A DNA stretch of 64,000 nt. It comes from Eledone cirrhosa (taxonomy: Eukaryota). Below are positions 25,964-39,927 of the stretch, in pieces; position 1 is the stretch's first letter; each line of letters begins with the position of its first letter. The stretch lies in the NCBI GenBank assembly GCA_964016885.1, contig OZ024740.1, forward strand, positions 194,370,001 to 194,434,000, given 5' to 3'. Position numbers and translations under genes: made by a program. The notes below the pieces were generated by a model. The model ran no database searches. It saw only the letters and a program-made list of their open reading frames with translations, and was not told the DNA's origin.

Positions 25964-25968
<5 letters not shown>
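25071..25968. mobile_element. Non-coding PLE-derived element: inverted arm (25071-25418) plus circularly permuted unit of about 517 bp
   Basis: cttattttacgtctttcata at 25434 and 25951. The left arm is the reverse complement of 25747-25968 joined to 25450-25570. CUGAUGA-c-GAAA motif at 25838. Confidence 0.75.
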
Positions 25969-26021
<53 letters not shown>

Positions 26022-29000
26022 ATAACGTAGCGTCCGTAACTGGTTTGGAGCCGTTGTAGTAACTGGCTATAATAATTATATATATATTGTATATATATAT
26101 ATATATTCCCGGCCCGTGCACCTGTGTGTTCTAGTGCATGCTTCTTTGATAATTTACTTCATGAAGCCTATTTAAACGTATCTTGTCAAATATTTCTTCC
26201 TTATGCATCTTTGCATCTCAATATCATTTGTACGAGAATACTATAAATAAGTCCTCAGATTTCAAAATGCCTTATGACAAATCTTATATCTTCGAATTAA
26301 ATTTTAATAAGGTTCATAGCCTTCCGAAATAACAAAGTCATAAAAGCAAATTAGACATATATCCAATAACAACTTTAATCTATTCGTGGCAGCTATCATG
26401 ATTTTCCTGTCACTATTTCATTTATTCTTTTCAACTTCGCAGAAATCCTATTTGGACTGCATCCAGTTTCACTTTTTATGATTTCAACCGTATTATTTGA
26501 TAATTCTGAAAAATACCGTCTATAATTGCCAATCATAAATCGATTCAAATATATACGGAAAACATTTTCTTCTCAATATCATGTCAGATTTTCGAGTTTT
26601 TTTAATTGGAATAGTCACTAGGGCCACTGTATCAGATACAAGATATGGTTTGGTAGCTCGGAACAATCTCTAAGAGATGTGATGTATTGCGTACTTCTAA
26701 AACCGCCTTACTTTTCCTTGAAATCACCGTTAGTGAAGGTAGACCGGCACATGTTCGTAAACTATGAGAGATTAGTCTAATATTCTAAATTTGTCAAGCT
26801 AGTTATAAAATGTTTATATAATTATCCAAACATTCTCTCAAGAAGAGCCAGCTGCTCAACAGGTTTCTTGTTTCTTGTGTGCGGCATTTAATATATAACT
26901 CTAAATATATGCAATTAGCCCATGTATGTTACTTCCCTTACTTAGCTCATTATATTTTATAATCGTGAAATTGTACGAGGGTGATAATGTTGATAATGAT
27001 GGCGGTGTAGTTTGGATAGCAGATGTGTTATAGGTGAAGAATGTTCTTTTGGGATAATGATGATGGTATTCATGTATTAGTAATAGTAGTAGTATAATTT
27101 GTTACGTAATGTTTTGTGTAGTTATAACGTTTTTTATGATAATATTGGTAGGGAAAAATAATATAGCTGTGATTATTAGTGTTCTGACATATTCCAGTAG
27201 CTGCAGAGGAGGGCGGCAGTAGTATTAGTTACATAATCAATCTGTTTTGATTCAATAAAATATTTTCGTAGGATTGCAATGATACAAGCACATTTGACTA
27301 AATACTATTTACTAACACAGACATAAGGCCTCAATTTCGTGTGTGTGTGTGGGGGGGGGGGGGGTATAACATCTTTTCCAGTACTACTTCCCTGGTTCAT
27401 ATGTAAAGTTGAATTCGATAAGATATAACCAAATACCGTACCTGATGCTAGTGGCTTTTGCTGTGATTATAATGGAAGGAGTGGGTGTAAAATTCTCGCA
27501 TATATTCCCGTGATGGACCCTTCTTCTATCAGCTCTCGACTGGATTTCCCAAACATATCGTATCTAGACACAGTGCTTTTCCCACTAACCTTTCGAAATA
27601 AATTTGTGTCCTTTTGTCTACTTTAGAAATTATCTCTAATACGTCAGTGATTTAAACAAAGGTGGCATTAGAGTTAATCGTATTTAATTGCTGGAGTCCA
27701 GAATTGATAAGCCATATATACCAAGATCAATGGATATATTGACAATTATAGAAACGGAGAAACTTGCGTATTGATAAGTTAATGATTTGCATAAGGGGAA
27801 CCTTATAGCTTTTGGTGTTTAATAACACGTGGAAGTGATAAAAGATTGGAATTATATTGAAATAATTTATTTTTAGTATATAATTACATTGATATTCCGT
27901 TAATAATTGATATAAAGTTTTAATTTAAGATTATATTCAGAGAAATAATATGTACAGAGACAAATGTGGGGTTCGAATCCAGAACCATGAGATTGGGAAA
28001 CGAAATACTTATTGTAGATGCAATAGGAAATGCAGTGTGTGTATGTTTGCATGTTTAAATTTTAAAGTTACAGATGGTGATATATAAAATATATATTCCA
28101 ATTCTAGTTGGTTACTAGTTGGTTATTTCAAATTCATCTTAGTTCGACGAACACACACCAACTGTACAGTAAAGTTTAAAATCAACTATGCTTTTTTCAA
28201 CATCAACTGCGCTTTCTTCAATAAGAAGGTTGCATAACTAGTACATTTATTATCTAATTTAACTTATTTATATTAATCGGCGGTATTATTTTGATCAAAA
28301 TATTCAAACACAAATCGCTATGTATTTCGATTTTTTTTTCAATCAGTTTGTTTTATCATTCTGATCTCTCCATATTGTTATTCTACACTTCAATGTTGCT
28401 GTTTTGGGTGGTGAGATCATTTTTTTCTCCTTTTAGAGTCTTTGTTGATGCTTCTATTCTATTTTGAATTCAGTGTATTATCATCTGTTTTATTTATTTA
28501 ATGTTCTTCAATAATTTGCCATAATGCCGTAACAACAAAAGGATGTTTTGACATGTCGAATTCAAGAAACGAGTAAAATTTCATTGAAGATCTTGTCTCG
28601 CCTTTCACTTTCCCAAATTAAAAATTAAAAGCAACAGTAACTAATTGTCACAGAACAATGGCATTTGAAGAGAGAGAAATTACTAGTTTTGAAAAATAAT
28701 TGATTACAAGAATGAATAAATAAATAGGAAATATAAATTTATAAAACAAAACATCTTACAAAAATGAATAAGAGTTTTATTTTATAAAATGGCAATCACC
28801 ACAGAGTCGCTGTTCCCCTTGGTCTTGTAAGCTGCATTGTCGATGTTTGATAAAAGATAGAAGTCTTAACATAAAAGATTAGAACTTCTTAAAATTCAAC
28901 TTTTTACATCTTTATATTATTATTATTATCTGTATAATTTTAGGCTTGTCACTTCTGAATAAGAATTTACGAAAAAGATAATGAAAACGTTTCGAATTTT

Positions 29001-32000
29001 TTAAATATCATTTGTAAATCTGGAGCATTCTAATTTAGTTATTTTTCTCTCAAAAATGTTACATAATTGTTAATTTATCGAATGATTTTATGAATTAATA
29101 TAATTGAAAATAATTGACAGAGAGGAAAAAGGTATGTAGAATCGTATGAATAGTATTATTTGGATGTGTACATTGTAAATAAACTCTTAAGCCAACGTAC
29201 ATAAAACTGATGTTAATCAGGAGATTACAATGAGTCGTATTGATTGTCATATTTTGAAAGAATATTTTACAGAATATTGTAATGATCACATCAATCTTAT
29301 GTCTTGCAATTGGTAGGACGGTTTCTTTAATTCCTTTTTCGTTTATAAAATTTACGTTTTTATTGCTGTAATTCTGTACAGTTATATTTATGACTGGGCG
29401 TGTTATTTATGTGTAAAATGGGCGTTCACATTTACAGCATAACCTTCTAAAGTCATTCAATCAGTATAAGGATAATTGTTAGCCAAATACATTTATTTCC
29501 ACCTAATGATAATCTCTTTGAACGGTTAGACAGTTCTTCAAACTGCCTATGCTACGAGCATGATTCTAGTCACATTAAGTTGGCTGAATCATATACGCAG
29601 ATTATCTGAATCAGTTGTAAATCTTGATCCAACGTCATGGATTTCCAACGAACAAAATTCTTTTCTTCATCTGCTCTATAAATAATTATACTTCCAAAGT
29701 ACCTGACAACGCATTAGCACCAGTAGCCTTACATTAGTCTGTCCACATATCAATCATCAATAAGATGGATAGATGTTTTTCCTACGGAGAGTTAATGTGA
29801 GTTTTTTCCAAAGCATTCTGCCTTTTATGCAAGTGTGCGTGTTTGTGTGTGTCTAGACGATTATATACTTGAAAGCTATATGGAATTCTCACTGAGTTTC
29901 CCGAATTCATCAGATTTCTGTAGACAACCTAATCACTAATGTGTCTACCATTTCCTTGTTTCCGTTAAAATAGGTCCAGAGTTAGTAGGTACTTAATGGA
30001 TATACACTATCACAGTTATACGTTATACACAGAGATACATTCTCATATATTCACCGGTCAACTGACATATGTACGAAAACTTCAATTAATGTCACTGTGT
30101 CAAAATCGTCATTTTTGCTTTCAGAAGCCTTGGTAAATTTTACTCGTGTGTACATAGGCAAATGCAGCAACCAATTATAGAATCAGTTCCTCGGTAATTC
30201 AAACTGATGATGTATGATATTTATTGTGCACGTGTTGTTGTTTAAGTTGTTCAGTCTTGTATCAGCTCTGATTAAACAAACTTCTGATGAAATGAATTCC
30301 AGCCATGATTCGTTCGACGTCGCACGTGTTATCCTCAACAGTTTTCTGTAACTACATTTCTGAACAATGCTGTGAAGTAGGAATAACATGGGAGAGGTAT
30401 AGAGGTATAGAGCAAAGAACCCTTTTTGTGTGTATATATATATATATATATATATTTATATAAAGCTACATAGATAAAAATTATACAAACACGCATTCAT
30501 AGTGATAGAAAACATTTTAACATCACCATACTTTCTCAAAACGTATATATGTATTCGGGTCGATAAAGAAGGTCCCAGAAAGACCAGTGTTGTTGTGGCC
30601 CACCTTCATTTCAGTCGTACCGCTGGACCACGGGTGAAATGATCAAGTGGATTACTGTATCACGACTGCATAGGGACATAAAATCCTTAGGAAAAGCATG
30701 GCATATATTATCATACTTGATAGCGAGTGAATGTCCGCGATAGTAACTCTCTCTCCCCCTTCTCTCTTTCTCTCTCTCTCACTCTCTCTTTTCGTATATA
30801 TATGTGCATGTGTGCGTGTGCGTGAGAGCGAAAGAGAGTGTGTGTGTGAGAGAGAGAGTGAATTGCTTTTCACAAGAAATATTCCCTTGTGAATATAATA
30901 ATACAGGCTAAATCGTTTTAGATTATGCTAGCACACATCACACCAACAAATAGATTTGGATTTGTCATACGCGTAACGCTGTGATTTTACCCACTAACAC
31001 TTCAGAGATAATTGATGTTGACAATCGTCAGGATTTCAGCGTCGTGATATCTCTGTTGGTTAGAAATATTCTACACATATTCAATCCTCACTGCTATGTC
31101 ACAAATGGCTCTAAATTGGATTCACTACTGCTCAATACTTTTTTATTGGCACGTATTTTTAAATATGTTTTGCTCCTACAGCCTGAAGACGTTGAGAGAT
31201 AAGTAATTTTGATAATACAATAGATGTTTGAATTCGTGTTGCACATAGAGACGAATTTGCCTCTGCTTATCATTGTGTGAATAAGAAATTCTTCACGTGA
31301 CCGATGATTAACTTCAAGTTCTGCAGCGTTATTAGAGATATTAATCTACGCTACCGAGCGTAAACATTTATCCATATACTCTGGTGTTCAATAAAAATTA
31401 AGCTATGTAGAATTCCGTGGCCTATTCAGAAAATAAAGGAAACAGCTATGAGCATTTGTACTCACTACTCATTAAATTAGCCGTATTTTAGCTCATCTAA
31501 TCTACAAATTATAATGTATGTATTATAAGTGTTACATAACTTTTACCTCCTTATGATTTTTTGTGTGTCCATTATTGTTTTTTTCTTTTACTTTGCATTC
31601 TGTGTACCTCTTTATGTTTGTATTTCATTTTATTCTGATTAATATCAATTGTTGAATAGTACAAAAGCGTGAAACATTTTGCGAAACATATACACCCATA
31701 ATTCTACTGTGTTGAATGGAAGAGAGGTTTGTTTTTGCGAACACAATTACAGTCTGTCTAAGGTTATCTCTTAGATTATCAGATATTATTTTAATGGAGG
31801 TGTTATGTCGGGAAATACAACCGTGCGAAACTACGTTATCCACACAATTATTTCAAATACACACGATACTGTTAAGACAAATTGAATAATTATTGATTTA
31901 GTTATGTTTCTCTATATCTTCTTTTGTAATCGTCTAACGCATTTTTTTTTCATATATTTCCATTAGCACGTTTTAACATTAGCATGTTTCAGTAGTCTTC

Positions 32001-33185
32001 TAAAATGCTTTAAAATACTTAAATATCTCAGTAATGCAAATGAAACGTAATTTCTTGTTTATACGAAACTCGCTGTTTGTTGATTTCATAAGTTTTACTG
32101 GGGTAAGAAATGGCAATGACCTACTTGTATATCATTCTGACCGGAAATTGTGGCGATTATGAATCATTTTTTAACTCATCAAAGCTTCATATCATGTATC
32201 TTTATGAATTATTGGAATATATTAGCCACAAACGCACACACACACAAACACACACACAAACACACAGACACACGCGCACACATACACACATGCTCACATA
32301 CTCCTTCAGTATCAAAAACAATAGTTACGTTAGTATGGACTTATTTAAAACTGGGAGCATTAAATCATTGATAGGAATAATTCTACAGTGATGAAGTAAA
32401 CAATATTCAACATTTTAAGAGAGATAATTCTGGACATGTTAGAGATTTATTTTGATTCTACTAGTGGAACATATACTTTGTCATACTTACCGACGTATTG
32501 AGCAGAAAATCGTTATGAAAATGCAAAAGCATGAACACAGGTTGTCTTAGAAAACGAACATTGTTTAGGAAATATTTTACTCGGAGACTTCGTCTGTAGG
32601 AAAAACAATAATTATGTTAGGCTTAACACATTTATTACAAAGAATATTAAAAACTGCCATTGGTTCGAAGGCAACATTCTAGACATTGACTAATATTATT
32701 TTAAATATTAGAGCATGGAAAGGATGACACTCTGCGCCTGTTACAAGATTATTATGACCATTCGCTTCGAAACATAAACTTCACTGTATTTGCTGAAGTA
32801 CCGGTGGGTGTATCTTTAAGCAATTCTACAAGAATATCTTCCGGGTGATATGGAAAACTACAATTGTTTAGAGAATAAATTTGGGATTTCGATTTGCTTA
32901 TAACATTATATAACGACTTCCTGTTATATGAAGAAATCAGTTCATCAAATCAATACTGCTGCTCTGCTATGTACCCACAGGCCATCCCTAATCGATAACA
33001 CCTACGGCCCTTCCAGTTATGACCAGCCCACCTCTCTTTTAGACATATAATATATCTAGCACTATATAATCCGAAAGTATTGATGTGATTTTGAGAGAGA
33101 TTTCGCTGATGATTTTAACAGCTCGAACAAACACATTGACACTAACTCATTAGCTTGAAGTTACACAAGTGTTGAAAGGTTTAGT

Positions 33186-33525
33186 ACTTCTTCTTCATCA
33201 TCGTCTTCTTCTTTTTCTTATTCTATTTCTTCTTCTTCCACTTCTTCTTCTTCGTTTTCTTCTTCTTCTTCTTCTTCTTCTTCTTCTTCTTCTTCTTCTT
33301 CTTCTTCTTCTTCTTCTTCTTCTTCTTCGTCGTCGTCGTCGTCGTCGTCGTCGTCTTCTTTTTATTATTATTATTATTATTATATTTCTTCTTCCACTTC
33401 TTCTTCGTCTCCTTCTTCTTCTTCTTCTTCTTCTTCTTCTTCTTCTTCTTCTTCTTCTTCTTCTTCGTCGTCGTCGTCGTCGTCGTCTTCTTCTTCTTCT
33501 TCTTCTTATTATTATTATTATTATA

Positions 33526-33576
<51 letters not shown>

Positions 33577-33583
33577 GTTATTA
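33186..33583. repeat. Compound microsatellite (CTT)n(CGT)n(ATT)n in two cycles
   Basis: Direct reading. Confidence 0.95.
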
Positions 33584-35851
33584 CTCTTTGAGTCTCAGTC
33601 ATTGATGTTAGTTAACTGGAAAGTTTGTTGAAATGAATATCAAGCCACTACCTGCAACCTCAGATATTCAGGACGTATCGGAGGGTTCTTAATGTTCCCA
33701 GCAAGCATGCCTTTTGAAGCGTTCCAAAAAGCGTGAAGGGGCCAATTTTCTTTAACCATCCCTGGAAACTTTTTGAGATAGACCCTAGTGCGCCTATGAC
33801 AATCGGGATCACTTTGACTTCATCGCAGTTCCAAATCCTTTTTACCTCCCACTTTAAGTCCTGGTATCGGTTAATTTTCTCCCTCTCCTTCTCTTGCACT
33901 CTCGTGTCGAATGGGCAGGCCACATCCACAATCAGGCACGATCTTTTTTCTTTGTCCAAAACCACCAGGTCAGGTCTATTGTGTTCCAGTTTCTTGTCCG
34001 TATGTATGCTAAAATCCCACAGCACCTTCACCTGATCGTTTTCTATCACCGCCTCTGGCTTATGCTCATACCACTTCTCAGAATGTGGTAAATTGTTTAC
34101 TTTGCATAGGTGCCAGTGGATCACCCTGCCCATCACATCATGTCTCCAGCCCTTATAGTGAGTCTGGGCTAGGTGTTTACACTCGGATACAATGTGAGCC
34201 ACAGTCTCCTCTCTCTCTCCACAGATCCTGCACAGTGGGCTAGCCTCCTCCTTGTAAATGTGGTGTTTCAACCACTTCGTTTTGAGGGCCTGCTCCTGCG
34301 CAGCCATTAACATTCCTTCTGTAGCCTTTTTAAGGTCTCCTCTTTTCAACCAGTTCCATGTCTGTGGATCTCTAAATTCAGTTCTCTCAAAGAAGGTACT
34401 ATGAAGGGATTTTTCCTGAAGGCTGCTCTTTCTCCTTGATGTTATTTCCTCCTTGGACATCCCCTGGCCTATTGTCCCCTCCTTCAGTACAGTTCTGATC
34501 ATTGGCTCCTTACTATCAGTCACGTATTTGTGTAGGTTGTTTTGGTCCATCTGAACACAGTCCTCTATGCTGATAAGACCTCTTCCACCCTCAGATCTCC
34601 TTAAGTAGAGTCTATCGACATCACTCCCCTTGTGGAACATGTTGTAGATAGTCTATAGCTTCCTAGTCTTCCTATCCATTTCTTTTTGTTCAGCAACATT
34701 TCATCTCAGAATTCCCGCACTGTACCTAATAATAGACACAGCTCGGGAATTTACTGCACTTATGGCATTCCTACTGTTAAGATGTGACTTTAATACGCTC
34801 CTTACTCTCCGAAGGTATTCAGTTCTTATCAATCCTTCATTTTTTTGTTCTTGATGTCATCAGCCTCCAGAACGCCCAAATACTTGTATCCTTCCTCAGA
34901 GTCAATTTCCTTTATCATCTCACCTGTTGGTATCTGGATTCCGTTACTTCTGCTCAACTTACCCCTCCTCATCACAATGACTCCACACTTACTAATACCA
35001 AATTGCATACATATATCATTGCTGAAAATACGGACAGTGTTAACAAGCACATCCAACTCCTTCTCACTCTTCCCGAAGAGCTTAAGATCGTCCATGAAGA
35101 GGAGGTGATTGATGATAAGCCCTCCCTTTTCCAACCTGTATCCTGCTCTCACTTTTCGCAGTACACTGATCAGGGGCATCAGGGCAAGGACAAACAACAG
35201 AGGGGACAGACTATCTCCCTGGAAGATACCTCTCTTGATCTTCACGCTTCCCAAGGATTCTCCAGTTGATGTTAACTCTGTTTCCCAGGACTTCATACTT
35301 TTGCCCAACAACTGTCTGATGTTATCTGCCACCTTGAAGATCTCCAGGCTTTTGGTGATCCAAGCATGAGGTACCATGTCAAATGCCTTTTTGTAGTCTA
35401 TCCATCCCATGGCAAGACCAGTGTGTCTCCTCTTGCAATTCCTCATTACCATCTTATCAATAAGTAACTGGTCCTTTGTACCACGTGACTTCTTTCGGCA
35501 TCCTTTCTGTTCGTCCGGTAACAAGTTGTTTGTGTGGAGGTGATGGTAGATTTCCTCAGACATAATGCCTGTCAACAGTTTCCACATTACGGACAGACAT
35601 GTGATAGGTCTATAGTTGGTAACATAATTACCCTTGATTCGGTCTTTCATTATCAGAACTGTGGTACCTTTTGTCAACCACTCTGGTACCTCACCTGACA
35701 TCAAGCAGTCATTGAACATGGTTGCCAGTTTCAGGTGGAGGGATGTTATATTTTTAATCCAATACCCCTGCACACCATCTGGGCCTGGTGATTTCCAGTT
35801 GGTTAGTTTTTTGGCCAGCCACCTTAAGAGTTTCAACTGTGATACTCAAAT
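33584..35851 (-). mobile_element. 5'-truncated R4/Dong-clade non-LTR retrotransposon (RT, CCHC and restriction-like endonuclease)
   Basis: NWKSPGPDGV, NYRPITCL, WIDYKKAFDMVPH, RGIFQGDSLSPLLF, HLLFMDDLKL; CRICGEREETVAHIVSEC, RHD, NRPDLVV..IVDVACP..EKINRY. Confidence 0.92.
33660..35836 (-). pseudogene. R4-type RT-RLE polyprotein, disrupted between 34640 and 34830
   Basis: Two ORF segments (35836-34829 RT; 34640-33660 zinc knuckle and RLE) separated by frameshift or stops. Confidence 0.9.
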
Positions 35852-35988
35852 CCTTCTTCTTCTTCTTCTTCTTCTTCTTCTTCTTCTTCTTCTTCTTCTT
35901 CTTCTTCGTCTCATTCTTCTTCTTCTTCTTCTTCTTCTTCTTCTTCTTCTTCTTCTTCTTCTTCTTCTTCTTCTTCTTCTTCTTCTTC
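35852..35988. repeat. (CTT)n microsatellite at the 5' junction of the R4 element
   Basis: Direct reading. Confidence 0.95.
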
Positions 35989-36832
35989 GTTAACTTATTC
36001 CTGAGAGAGTTAAGAATAAGTGGATGAAAAAAAGAAGAAAAATAATAATAACAACAACAACTAAACACTTTACAATTTGTGTTATTATATACTAGTGTGG
36101 TAGAGTCAATATGTTTGCTTGATCTGCTAAAATCATCAGTCAAATCTCTCAAAATCATATAGCTCTGTTGCATTATATAGTGCTAGTTATATTATATTGT
36201 TTAGCTCTTGGTATAGAAAATAATGTGTCGTTGTGATTATATTTTTTCTCTAATCCTAGGTTATTACAGATCTAATCGATAAGACCTATGACCAATAACT
36301 TTTTATTTGTGATCGTCCCCTCATTTCCCCTATGTGCAGAGAACCCTAGGTCACCGTATCGAACGAGCCTTCCTCTAAAATGATAATATATGAAGGAGAT
36401 TTACTTATTCATTTGCTCAATTAATCAATTTAAACGACCGTATAGAACTAGTAAGCCATGACAGTCTATCGAGAGCATCTAATACTTCTTACGGTTGAGA
36501 AGCTAAAAAACAAGATATAGTGAGATAAGTGAATATGAAAATAAAATTGTGTTTATAAATAATAAATTTAAATTAAATTTTAAATAGGGAAGCCTAATGG
36601 GAGGCAAAATAAACATTTAAAAATATCGAGAGAAAAAATGGGAAACAAGGGAAGCTGATTTGATAGGTATTTATATATGTGTAGTAATTTAATAGGGGAA
36701 TTAGAGATGTTGGTGGGTGGTAATAGTTATGATATTACTAATAGTTGTGTCGAGGAAGGGGGGGGGGGTATGATGTTTGTTGGAGATACTTGAGATATTA
36801 GATGGTGTGACGATAAAAATAAGAGGAGTAGC

Positions 36833-36833
36833 T

Positions 36834-36885
<52 letters not shown>
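36833..36885. repeat. (TAG)n microsatellite in a low-complexity GT-rich tract
   Basis: Direct reading. Confidence 0.9.
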
Positions 36886-36886
<1 letters not shown>

Positions 36887-39650
36887 AGGTGGTGGTGGTA
36901 TTAATAGTGGATGAAGTAATAGGGGTAGTAGTAATAGTTGTAGTTATGAGGTTCGTGGTGGTAGTACTAATTATTGTAGTGGTGATGGTTGTGGTACTAT
37001 TTTTATTAGTAATAGTGTAGATTTTGTTGCTAGTTTAGTTGCTAATATTGGACATTTTCCCCTGTAGCTCTTACGTTTGGTATTGTTGGTGGGAGAGGGT
37101 TCCTGTTTGGGCGTTGGTTCAACTGTAGTAGTAATGCTGGTGGTATTGTTGCTGGTCGTCGTAGTAGTGAATTCTCGGGGTATTTAAAGATATTAATTAT
37201 TGTTGCTCGGATGTTGGTTCCACAGAAAATAAACAAAATGTACGTTTGACACAGGTAGTCATTAATAATCTAACATTGAGTGTCAGACAAGAGATTTATC
37301 AGCGCCATTTATGCTCGTTTCCCATGTGTAGAGTAAAGTGTGTATAAAAAACAACAACCTGAGAAATGGCCTGAGATAGTAAATAGCAACAACAATGACA
37401 ACAGCAGTAATCCTTTGATATTAATTACATTAAAAGCATTAAAAATATCAAACGCTAAGCTTATCAACACAACCCCAGAAAGCTATCACTATCCCATGCG
37501 AGATTAGCATTACTGTGTCCGAATTGTGACACCAATCAAACACCAACTTTCTACATGCCAACAGCCACATCGGAAATATCAAGTATATAAGACACATACC
37601 AACAACTAAATCGTAAGCAATGAAAATGTTATATTTTCCTTAGTTAATCCATATTTAATATACTGTAACGTAGCTTAGGGTAATGTCAAGAAAACAACAT
37701 TAATTAAACTTCGTACTTTACAAAATCGCACAGTCAGGATTATATCAAAGGCTCCCAGAGGCACCCACTCGCAGCCTTTAATCATTGCTAATAAAATACT
37801 AAACATTTATGAGATAAATTTTGCTACTCACTTGAGTCTAATGTTCAATGTTTATCACACCACTACAACAAATTCTAGGGCAACATCCAAATGCAATAGT
37901 TATGCCATAATAAATTATAATGCATCCAACTACCCCTATCGTAGACATATTGCAACTCTTCCAGACTCGAAAAGATTTTAACACATATATTAAAAAGATG
38001 CTGTTGAGTAATCAACAAACCTGTTTGTGGTAAAATCTATCATTTTTAGTAACGTTAAAAACAATATTTCAAAATATTTGAATAAAATAAAAATGACTTT
38101 GCATAAAGTGCTCCTTTTACAGGCCGTCATGAAAGGATGATAGTTTTCTTTACTATAATCCTTCTCGATTGCCTCACTAGTCTGAGTAACACATTATAAA
38201 TAATGAACCACTTCATTCCATTCCTAAGAACTTCTTATTTTCTTCTTTGTAAATAATATATCATACTTTTTTCCTTTATGTATATCTTTTTTATATTTTT
38301 AATTTAAACAGGGTTTCTAAAATAAATGATAAAAAAAAAGAAAAATGTCATATAACCGTCAGGAATTATATTAAACATGCCATACGAACCACTCCAACAA
38401 ATAGTAGACAGAATTAAGTGTCACTCGACCTGCTAGAAATATCAGCCAAATCTTGCTCAATCCATATCTACGTGTTATAGAAATGATAAGATATTACATA
38501 ATGTATTACCAGATAAATTGTCTGAAAAAAACATGATAATTGTTGGTGAAAGGTTTTTAGTCATACGCGTTCTGGATCAAGTCAGATTTGCGGCTATCCA
38601 TCGAACACCTTACGCCAATTACATCATGCAGACTATAGCCATCACATATTATATCAAATATACGTACAGCACCATTGTTATGAGTTGGAAACTGCACCAC
38701 CGGACCTTTTACAACATCTTGAGTGGTAGATATAATGTCGTCAGGTTTTATACCAATAACTATTATTTTATGTTTTACTATGTTTCCAGCATTCTGTCAA
38801 GGTCACGTATATGAAAATAGATGCGTTGGTTTCTGCTGCTATAGCAGCCTATTAGTTGTGTTGTTATCCTCTATTTCCAACCATTTCTTAATTGTCTCGG
38901 TGGTCATGCAAACACCATAGATACTACACTTTCCTCCCCGAATAAACCATTAGGATAAATTAGTAAAATAATCTAAAACATAATCTGAGGATACGTGTGG
39001 TTGCTTTGACGAATTATTAAACAGTTGCAGGGCATGAGGTTAAATAGATTCGTATGCCATGTGGAGAAAATTAGTCTGATGTCTCGAGACTGACCCTTCG
39101 TCGAAATCCCCTCACCTTCTAGAAACAAGCTTATCCAAACTCACGAACATCATGTTCTATACATTATTTGAAACCAATATATTTTTCTCAACAGCTATTG
39201 AATGGTTGTAATATACTTTGAGAAAGAAATCGATAACAACGGATACTTTAATAGCAGATTTTGCTATGTATTTTTTATATTCGTTGAATATTTCTGTTAC
39301 AGATTTAGTCAAATATATATATCCTGAAACAATCACTTGCAATGTCCATTTCTAGGGATTCTGAACATAACAGAAACGTCTCGATATATTTGCATGAAAG
39401 AAAAAGTTTTACTTATTTGAAAACACAAGAGACCAACATTTTTAGATTTTCATAGGATTTTCACATCATAGCTTCCAGTTCTTTTACACTTCTTCGGGTC
39501 TTCTGTCTCTTGTTATCTTCCGATAACATACTGCCTTGGTCTTATACGGATGCATATACACATTCATATACACAATTATATAAATAATACACAAATGCTA
39601 AGCAGCCGAATGTTTTTTTTAAATTCAGTTGTAGCTAACTTGTTAACTTA

Positions 39651-39707
<57 letters not shown>

Positions 39708-39708
<1 letters not shown>

Positions 39709-39838
39709 TAATGTCCAGAATTAGCTGTCGAAACGGCTTGAGCTCTGCCGTCGGGGTCATACTTGTTCCTATTACCCTAAGTATTGAGTACTTTGGTGCG
39801 TTATGGTCCATCTGGTTCCTTAGCACATTTCCTTCGTT
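39708..39838 (+). mobile_element. Solo terminus and tail of the PLE family at 9913-14110
   Basis: Matches 13972-14110 with a short deletion; lies between (TA)n runs. Confidence 0.85.
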
Positions 39839-39867
39839 ATATATATATATATATATATCTTTCGCTT

Positions 39868-39927
<60 letters not shown>

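Noticed and set aside
30183-30389. 68-aa ORF (YRKLLRI...WLEFISSE) faintly resembling an RTE C-terminus
   Set aside because: Too degenerate to call.
33169-33602. Poly-Leu/Arg/Ile ORFs and the poly-Lys/Phe ORFs at 35634-36173
   Set aside because: Trinucleotide microsatellites, not genes.
36886-37240. Thr-rich mucin-like reading on the minus strand
   Set aside because: Low-complexity (ACT/ACC)n-derived sequence with frame breaks and no splice support.
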